From contig CAZIJJ010000017.1 of NCBI GenBank assembly GCA_964539525.1, positions 8,701 through 72,700 of the forward strand: DNA of 64,000 nucleotides, in the 5' to 3' direction. Positions 51,531 to 59,400 of this stretch are shown piece by piece (position 1 is the stretch's first letter; every line of letters starts with the position of its first letter). Under the pieces are notes generated by a model that ran no database searches, was not told the DNA's origin, and saw only the letters and a list, made by a program, of their open reading frames with translations. Origin of the DNA: an uncultured Planctomycetaceae bacterium. GTDB taxonomy: Bacteria; Planctomycetota; Planctomycetia; Pirellulales; Thermoguttaceae. A program made the translations under genes and the position numbers.

Positions 51531-54428
51531 TCAGCGGGCGCGACCGACCGCGACGAGCGAAAGTTCGGGGTCGGCGAGCGGCAGATCGACTTCGCCGACG
51601 CCGGAGAGGAACGAGATCGTCGCGACGCGGTCGAACGACGGGCCGGAAAGTTCCTTGACGACGCCGACTCCGAAACGCCGATGCCGAACGAACGAGTTGA
51701 CGGCGACGCGTTTGAGCGTCGACGCGTCGCGCTTGACGGCGGCGGACGCGTCGGTTTCGGCGTCGAGCGCCGCGGCGGTCGAGATCGCCGTCGGCGCGAT
51801 CGGGCGCGGCGTTTTTTTAGGCGGCGGCGTTCCGGCCCCGGCGTCGGATGCGGAGCGATCGGGCGGCGTCGGCGCGTTCGGACGCCGGACGTCGCGACGG
51901 GGAACGACCGCTCGCGGGACGCCGTCGTCGTCGACGCGAATTTCCGTTTCGCCGTCGTCGGAGCCGTCGAAACCGTCCGCAAAATCGGCGGAATCGTCGA
52001 AGTCGAGCGCGGACGCGTCGAATTCAAGGTCGTTTTCGGGCGCTTCCTGCGAAAAATCGTCGGCCGGCTCCGCGTCGACGCATTCGTCGACGTCGGCGAA
52101 ATCGGCTTGCGTTCGGTTCCCGCGTCGGCGGTCGGCGTCGGCGGAATCGTCGGCGGAATCGTCGGCGTCGGAACCCGAAAAGCGACGCGGATATCCGGCG
52201 CCGCGTCGTCGACCCGCGTTTCGAGGGGCGCGGCCGTCGACGCGGAAAACTTCCTCTTCCGGCTCGCGGTCGACGCCTTCCTCCCAAAGCGCCTGGCGTT
52301 GCGAGCGGCCGTCTTGACGCGGAAACATTTTCGGGACGGCGATCTTCGCGTTCGGATCTTCGGCGGCGGCTTCTTCGAACGAGCGGAGCCAATCTTCGAC
52401 CGATTCGAACGAGTCGACGCCGTCTTTCGGGAACTCGAAAAGGAAACGGCTGACCATCGCCGGGGAAAAGCTCCCGCGGAACTCCCGAAAGCGCGTCCGC
52501 GAGAGGCGCAACTCTTCTTCGGCGCGGGTCAAACCGACGAACAAAAGGCGGCGCTCCTCTTCGAGCTGGCGCTTGTCGCGGAGCGAACGCTCGTGCGGGA
52601 GGACGCCGTCTTCGACCGCGACGAGATAAACGACCGGAAATTCGAGTCCCTTGGCCGCGTGAAGCGTCATTAATGAAACGCGGTCGTCGTTTTCGTCCCA
52701 GGAATCGACGTCGTTGACGAGCGCGATCTGTTCGAGGAAGCGGCCGAGTTTGTCGTCGGAACGGGGGCGCTCCGGAAAAAGCGGAACCGGGAGGTCTTCT
52801 TCTTTCGTATTGCGGCAGTCGGCGTCAAATTCGCGCACTTCCGAAAGGAGTTCCTGAACGTTGGCGAGCCGCTGTTCGTCCTCTTCCGTTTTGGCGGCGC
52901 CGCGGAGATATTCGACGTATTTCGTTTCGTTTAAAATGTGCGACAAAACGACTTCGAGGTCTTCGCCGTCGGCGAGAGACGCGCTTGCTTTGTCGAGCGT
53001 CGAAACGAACGAGGCGATCGCTTTTTGCGCTTTCGTCGAGACTCCGGCGACGCGTCCGATCGCTCGGGCGGCTTCGAAGAGCGTCGCGTTGTTTTCGGCG
53101 GCGAAATTTTCGAGTCGAGCGAGCGTAACGCGACCGACTCCGCGCGCCGGGAGATTAATGACGCGGCGGAACGAAACGACGTCGCTCGGGTTGTGGATCA
53201 ACTGCAAATAAGCGCAAAGGTCTTTCACTTCTTTGCGGTTGAAGAATTCGAGTCCGCGGACGAGCTGGAACGGGACGCCGTACCGCTTCAGGGCGTATTC
53301 GAGGTTCCGCGAGAGCGCGTTCATTCGGTAAAAAACGGCGTAATCGCGAGGGCGGCGCTTTCCAGCGGCGATCTCGGCGGCGATTTCGGCGGCGATTGCT
53401 TCGGCCTCTTCCTGCTGGTCGAGACATTGAAGGACGCGGGGCGCGACGCCGTCGCCGCGTTCGGTGTAAAGGTCTTTGTCTTTGCGGAAAACGTTGTGTT
53501 TGATGAGCGCGTCGGCGACGCGGAGGACGCTTTTGTCGCTCCGGTAATTTTGTTCGAGCCGAACGACTTTCGCGTCTTCGAAATCCTGTTCGAAATTCAA
53601 AATGTTTTGGATGTTCGCGCCGCGCCAGCCGTAAATCGACTGGTCGGGGTCGCCGGTAACGGCCAAATTCGGGTGGTCGATCGAAAGCGCCCGGGCGATC
53701 GCGTACTGAACGACGTTCGTGTCCTGATATTCGTCGACGAGAATGTAGCGGAAGCGGCGGTCGAGGCGGGCGCGGATTTCCTCGTTTTCCCGCAACAGGA
53801 TCGCGACGTGAAAAAGGAGGTCGTCGAAATCGACCGCGTTCGCTCGGCGCAGGGCGTCCTGGTAAGCCGGGTAAACTTCCTCGACGATCTTTCCTAAAAG
53901 GCTTCCTTCCTGGGCGCAGTATTCGGACGCGGCGACGAGCGAGTTTTTTGCCCAACCGATGGCGGAGGCGATTTTCGGCAGGTCGACGCCGTTCGGGAGG
54001 TCGCGTTTTCCGACGACTTCTTCGAGGAGTTTTTTGCTTTGGTCGACGTCGTAAATGACGTAGTTTTCCTGAAGGCCGACTTGCGGCGCGTAGTAGCGGA
54101 GCAGGTAGGCGCAGAAGCGGTGAAAGGTGCCGATCCAAACTCGGGAGCCGGGCGAAAGCGTCGCGAGGCGCGTTTTCATTTCGTCGGCGGCTTTATTGGT
54201 GAACGTCAGCGCGGCGATCTGCGAGTCGCGGACGCCGTTTTCCATCAGCCAGGCGATCCGGTGCGTAACGACGCGGGTTTTGCCGCTTCCCGGCCCGGCT
54301 AAGACGAGAAGCGGCCCGTCTTTGTGCGTCGTCGCTTCGCGCTGAGCGTCGTTGAGGCCGACGAGGAGGCGGTCGGCGTTCGAGGCGGCGGACGGGTTTT
54401 CGGCGGAAACGGGCGGCGTGTCGGACAT
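51531..54428 (-). CDS. uvrD: UvrD/PcrA-type superfamily 1 DNA helicase with long acidic linker and C-terminal Tudor-like domain
   Basis: LNDAQREA, AGPGSGKT, ILVDEYQDTN, VTGDPDQSIYGWRGA, QNYRS, TLHAAKGLEFPVVYL and VGLTRAEEEL motifs. Start re-set to ATG 54428, because the track extension covers a TATA-rich promoter-like stretch. Confidence 0.93.
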   Translation of the reverse strand: MSDTPPVSAENPSAASNADRLLVGLNDAQREATTHKDGPLLVLAGPGSGKTRVVTHRIAWLMENGVRDSQIAALTFTNKAADEMKTRLATLSPGSRVWIGTFHRFCAYLLRYYAPQVGLQENYVIYDVDQSKKLLEEVVGKRDLPNGVDLPKIASAIGWAKNSLVAASEYCAQEGSLLGKIVEEVYPAYQDALRRANAVDFDDLLFHVAILLRENEEIRARLDRRFRYILVDEYQDTNVVQYAIARALSIDHPNLAVTGDPDQSIYGWRGANIQNILNFEQDFEDAKVVRLEQNYRSDKSVLRVADALIKHNVFRKDKDLYTERGDGVAPRVLQCLDQQEEAEAIAAEIAAEIAAGKRRPRDYAVFYRMNALSRNLEYALKRYGVPFQLVRGLEFFNRKEVKDLCAYLQLIHNPSDVVSFRRVINLPARGVGRVTLARLENFAAENNATLFEAARAIGRVAGVSTKAQKAIASFVSTLDKASASLADGEDLEVVLSHILNETKYVEYLRGAAKTEEDEQRLANVQELLSEVREFDADCRNTKEEDLPVPLFPERPRSDDKLGRFLEQIALVNDVDSWDENDDRVSLMTLHAAKGLEFPVVYLVAVEDGVLPHERSLRDKRQLEEERRLLFVGLTRAEEELRLSRTRFREFRGSFSPAMVSRFLFEFPKDGVDSFESVEDWLRSFEEAAAEDPNAKIAVPKMFPRQDGRSQRQALWEEGVDREPEEEVFRVDGRAPRNAGRRRGAGYPRRFSGSDADDSADDSADADRRRGNRTQADFADVDECVDAEPADDFSQEAPENDLEFDASALDFDDSADFADGFDGSDDGETEIRVDDDGVPRAVVPRRDVRRPNAPTPPDRSASDAGAGTPPPKKTPRPIAPTAISTAAALDAETDASAAVKRDASTLKRVAVNSFVRHRRFGVGVVKELSGPSFDRVATISFLSGVGEVDLPLADPELSLVAVGRAR

Positions 54429-54656
54429 AACAAGCGGGAAAAACGGGAAAGTTGCGGGGACGGGGAAAACCGGCGAGGCGAGCGGCTCGACGGCGATTCT
54501 TTCATTGATATATAATAGTCGTTTGCGGAAATTTTTCAAGGACGGCGGCCCTCCATTTTTTTCGCGGCGTCGCGACGGAACGGAGGGATTGGGTAAAATC
54601 GGCGAAAACGATAAAAAGGTAAAAGCGGGCGTTTCGCGGCGTCGAGGAAAGCGGGG

Positions 54657-55778
54657 TTATTTCGAGCCGTTCGTTTCGTCGATTTCGTCGAGAAAGGCGA
54701 ACGCGTCGAACGCGGCGGCGCGACCGTCGGTCGTTTCGACGACGAACCGCGTTCGGAGCGAATCCGCGTTCGGGTCGAGGCGCGTCGGGTCGAAAACGAT
54801 CGGAACGACGCGAACGAACGGCGCGGCGTCGGGAACGGGGTCGACCGTCGGGGCGGGATCGGCGGGATTGGCGGATTCGTCGGGGATTCGGGCCGAAAAC
54901 GCGTTTTCCGACGACTCGATCCGAGCGAGCGCGAACGGGCGGCTCGACGCGACGACGACGTTTTTAACGACCGGGGCGCCGGAGCGGAACGCCGAGAAAT
55001 TCAGCGTCGACGGCGAAACGGAAAGGCTGGGGCGAACGGTTCCTTCGACCGAAAGAGTCGTCGGCGCTCGACGGGCCGAGCCGTCCGACCAAAGGGAAAC
55101 GACCGCGTCGAACGACCCGACCGGCGCCTGATCGCCGACGGAAACGACGAGCGGCGTCGCCCGTTCCGCTCCGGAGCGTCGCGGCGTTTCGAGTCGAACC
55201 GAAACGAACGGCGTCGACGATTCCGCCCGAACGATCCGTTCGTCGAGGGGCGCGAAAACGAGCGCGCGGCGGAGGCGTTGGGACGCGTTTTTCGGCGTCG
55301 CGAGTTCGTCGACGAGAAAATTCAAGCGCGGCGGCTCGACGCGAACGTCGTCGACGACGACGGCCCGAACGCGGAGCGGGATTTCAACCCGTCGCGAGCG
55401 GCTCGGGGCGGCGAAGTAAACGAAAACGGTCGCGTCGCGAACGCCGGTGAAGCGAACGGCGTCGAGCTCGACGACGATCGACGCGCCGGAGCCGGGGGCG
55501 AACGTCTTTTGTTTCGGAACGAAAACGCGGACGCAACCGCAACTTGCGCGGGCGCCGAGAAGGCGAATCGGTTCGTTCGAAGCGTTGACGAACGGAAAGG
55601 CCCGCTTCGCGTAAGAACCGCGCGGAACGTTTTGAAAATTTTGTTCCGTTTTTTGGAAAATCGTTGGAAAAACCGGATCGTCTTGCGCGAAACCGCTTGA
55701 CAAAACGGCGAAAACGGTAAAAATAGCGAAAACGGTGAAAATAAACGGAGCGCGGACGGCGAGTTTTACGCGACGCAT
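54657..55778 (-). CDS. DUF1573 domain-containing secreted protein
   Basis: 373 aa with a signal peptide. FQNVPRGSYAKRAFPFVNASNEPIRLLGARASCGCV matches the DUF1573 pattern (..N.g..pl.i......CgC). Ig-like beta-rich repeats follow. Confidence 0.8.
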   Translation of the reverse strand: MRRVKLAVRAPFIFTVFAIFTVFAVLSSGFAQDDPVFPTIFQKTEQNFQNVPRGSYAKRAFPFVNASNEPIRLLGARASCGCVRVFVPKQKTFAPGSGASIVVELDAVRFTGVRDATVFVYFAAPSRSRRVEIPLRVRAVVVDDVRVEPPRLNFLVDELATPKNASQRLRRALVFAPLDERIVRAESSTPFVSVRLETPRRSGAERATPLVVSVGDQAPVGSFDAVVSLWSDGSARRAPTTLSVEGTVRPSLSVSPSTLNFSAFRSGAPVVKNVVVASSRPFALARIESSENAFSARIPDESANPADPAPTVDPVPDAAPFVRVVPIVFDPTRLDPNADSLRTRFVVETTDGRAAAFDAFAFLDEIDETNGSK

Positions 55779-56175
55779 CGGACGGGCCTTTCAAAAGGGG
55801 ACGGGAGGGGAACGAACGGTTCGGCAAAGTTTTCGGTTTTAGATTTTACGTCGCCGCCGTCGCGACCGGGAAAGTCGGCAAAATTTGCGCGACGCGTTCC
55901 GGCGGAAACGATCGCGACGATCGCGACGGCGGGTATGCGGCTTCGGCGGATCGAAAAAATCGGCGCGACCGGATCCGCGGGCCGTTATCTTCGTTAAAAT
56001 CCCGGCGTTCGTCGAAAAAAAGCGTCGGTTCCGAATTTTCGCGGCGTCGAGCGTCAACTTTTCCAACGGCGTCGGCCGACAAGGAGCGATAGTCGGCGCT
56101 TTGTCGGCGCGTCGTTATAGGTTTTGCGAACGAAAACAGATTATCGTGAATATGCGAAAAATATCGAACGGGCCC

Positions 56176-56204
56176 TTGACTTTTAAGCGTAAAAACGTAA
56201 TGAT
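56176..56204 (+). promoter_or_regulatory. possible sigma70-type promoter TTGACT-N17-AATGAT(AAT) for the giant gene
   Basis: The hexamers have 17-nt spacing (a GATAAT alternative lies 3 nt further), about 270 nt upstream of ATG 56473. Confidence 0.35.
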
Positions 56205-56472
56205 AATAGAAGAGAAGCGCGTTTTGTCGGTTTGAGCGGTCGAGCCGAAAACGCCGAGCGTCGGGAATGCGGCGGCAAAATTTTTGCGATTTTGCGGAAA
56301 CCTAAGCGCCGCGTCGAATATCGAATGAAGAAGGAAGCGTCGAACGTCGTCCGCGAGGCGGCGCTCGACGAGAGAGCCGAGCGCCGAGAGAATCGGACGG
56401 CGAAGGTCGGCTCCGTCGGCGGCGAGCGTCGCGTCGGCGGGCCGCGTGTCATTTTGCAAGGAGAAAGCGACG

Positions 56473-59400
56473 ATGTCGAATTTGTTTCGAAATTTTAAAA
56501 GCGAATCCCCCAAGAGCGGTTTGCGCGCGCCGAAACCGCGGCGTCTCGCGACGGAAACCTTGGAAGATCGCCGACTTTTGGCCGTTTCGCCGGAAATCCT
56601 GACCGCGCTTAACGGGTACGAGTCGTTCGGCGAATACGCGGCGGACTCCGTTTCGACGATTGAAATCGCGGGCGAAGACCTGACGCTCGACGCGCTCAAC
56701 GCCGCGATCGCGCAGGCGGCTTCGACGCCGGGCGACGACGCGATCCTGATCGTCGGCGGCGGAACGCTGACCTTCCAACCGGGCGACGAGGCGATTTCGA
56801 TCGATCTCGACGCCGCGACGCAGGGCGAGCTGACGATCGTCGGATACGGCGGAACGTTCGAGATCAACGCGAACGGCGTCGACCGCGCTTTCTCGATCAA
56901 AGGCGGGGCGGTGAAACTCGGCTCGATCGCGATTACCGGCGGCTTCGCGGACTTCGGCGGCGCGATCGCGAACGCCGGCGATCTTTGGCTCGAAGACGCG
57001 CTTTTGACCGGAAACTCGGCGAGTTCCGGCGGCGCTATCGCCGACAAAGGCTGGATCTCGGTCGAAAATTCGCAATTCCTTTCGAACGAAGCGACGGAAA
57101 ACGGCGCGGCGATCTATCGCGGCGATTTCGAGTTCGCGCAGGAAGAAGACGCGGTTCCGGAAGCGATCGGAACGATCGAGGACGTCGCGGCCGGGTTCGG
57201 CGAAACGGTTCAGATCGACCTCTCCGGATACTTTAACGAAGGCGATTGGACGTATTCGGTGAAATTGCCGCAAAAACTTTCCGCCGCGCTGGCCGCCGCG
57301 CCGACCGTCGAGGGGAGCGTTTTGACGCTGCAATTCCTCGCGAAAGCCGATTACGCGCTCGACCTCAACCTGAGCGACGTCAAACTCGCCGTTACCGCGT
57401 CGAACGCCGCCGGAGCGTCCGCCGACTCGAACGCCTTCAACGTCGCGCTGACCGACCGTTGTTCGTCTCGTTTGACCGCCGTTTTGACGACGATGAATTG
57501 CGACGACGCCGAAGAAGCGTACAAAGTGCGTCGTAAGGGATTCGGCGCCGACGCGGTTCCGGAGTCCGACGCGACCGAGTCCAAAGCGCCGTTGGCCGTG
57601 CAAATTTGGGCGGAAGATTTTTCCGCCGCCGCCGGGCTGGCGTTGGAAGGCAACGTCGGGTTCACCTTCGTTCTGCGCCTGAAAAACGCCGATCTCGATT
57701 TCGACGAATTGAAAGAGCAGGGCTCCGATTACACTTATTTCGACGCGTTCTTCGGCGTCTACGACGGCGCGGATAAATTCTCGAAAGAGTTGGGCGAAAC
57801 CGACTACCTGTTCGCGATCGGTTACGACGCCAACGAAGGGCACGGGACGCAATTGGCCGCGACGCTTCTCGCGCACCTCCCGTTGATCCCGACCGGCAAA
57901 GGGAACGTCGAGGTTTCGATCGAAGCGCCGTTCGATACCCGCGACCCGGCCGTTTATCGTCAATTTAACGGCGCCGCGGCGGAAGTCGATCTTTCGCAAG
58001 TCGATTACGTCGGCGCCGCGATCGCCGGTTCTTCCTCCGCGACGTTGGAAGCGGTTTCGAACGCCGAAGTCGACGCCGACGCACTTCGCGCCGCCGTCCT
58101 CCGCGACGTCGTGATCGCCGGCAACGTTTCCGCCGGACAGGGCGCGATTTACGTCGCCGCCGATTCGAGCGCCGCGCTCCTCGTCAACGCGACCGTCGTC
58201 GACAACGACGTCGCCGGAGCCGCGTTCGTTTCCGCCGCGAACGGTTCGCGGGTCGTCGACTCGATCTTCTTCGGGAACGGGCTCGCCGTCTCCGGCGTCG
58301 CGCTCGAAAACGTTCTCTCCGACGACGGAGCCGACGGCGCGATCGCTTACGACGCGTCGAAACCGCTCTTCGCCGACGCGGACGGCGGCGATTATTCCCT
58401 TGCGAAAAATTCTCAGGCGATCGATAAAGCGACCGGCAAACGCGGCTCCGCCGAAATCGACGCGGCCGGAAATTCCCGCGTCTCCGGCGCCTCCGCCGAC
58501 CTTGGCGCCTACGAGTTCCAGGGAACCGCGCCCGTCGCTCCGTCCGACCTGGAAATGACGAATTACAAAGGCTCGAATAAAACCGCGACGCTGACCTGGA
58601 CGGACAACGCCGACGACGAAACCGGCTACCTTGTCCAAAGCTCGACCGACGGCGGCGCGACCTGGAAGTCGTTGACGACGCTCGCCGCCGATTCGACGTC
58701 GCGCGTTTGCGGCGGCCTGAATCCCGGTTCGACGTACATGTACCGCATCGCCGCGACGAACGCCTTCGGAACCTCCGAATGGGTCGAAATCGCCTTCGAA
58801 GCGCCGACCGTTCCGTCCGCGCCGACCGGTTTGGTTCTGTCGCAGTACGACGCGAGCGCCGGAACGCTCGTTATGAAGTGGAACGACGTCGCCGACAACG
58901 AGGCGTTTTACGTCGCCGTTTCGCTCGTCGGTTCCGAAAATGTCGAGACGCACAAGCTCGCCGCCGACGCGACCGGCGTCAAATTTACGTCGGTTTCCCC
59001 GAACAAGAGCTACGTCTTCCGCGTTTACGCTTCGAACGCCGCGGGCGATTCCGAGTTCGTCGAAGCGACGTTCAACGCTTCGACCGACGTTTTGACCGGG
59101 TTGACGTTCTCGACCGACGCGCCGAAAGTCGGCGAAGAGCTGGCGATTACGGTCGCTCCGACGACGGCGGCCGTCGCGATCCAATGGTTCCGCGTCGTCG
59201 GCGGCGAAGAAGTCGCGATCGACGGCGCGACCGGCGCGACTTACGTTCCGACGGACGCCGATCTCGGGGCGACGCTGAAAGTCGTCGCGACCGGCCTCAA
59301 CGCCGCCTACGCGTCGTCCGTCTTCGCGACGAGCGGCGTCGTCGAGGAAGGTTTGTCGGTTCCGGCGACTCCGACCGGTTTGGCGATGACGAATTACGAC

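Noticed and set aside
17147-54539. Upstream starts given by the ORF track for csrA (17147), the DUF4159 protein (17937), the 228-aa protein (27355), GT2-MT (32622), rubrerythrin (32945), the transporter (41186), the lipoprotein (45857), uvrD (54539), the giant gene (56446) and rnhA (8864)
   Set aside because: The extra N-terminal residues are Arg-rich and non-coding-like. They often overlap promoter-like AT islands. In each case an internal ATG preceded by a good SD coincides with the start of the conserved family sequence.
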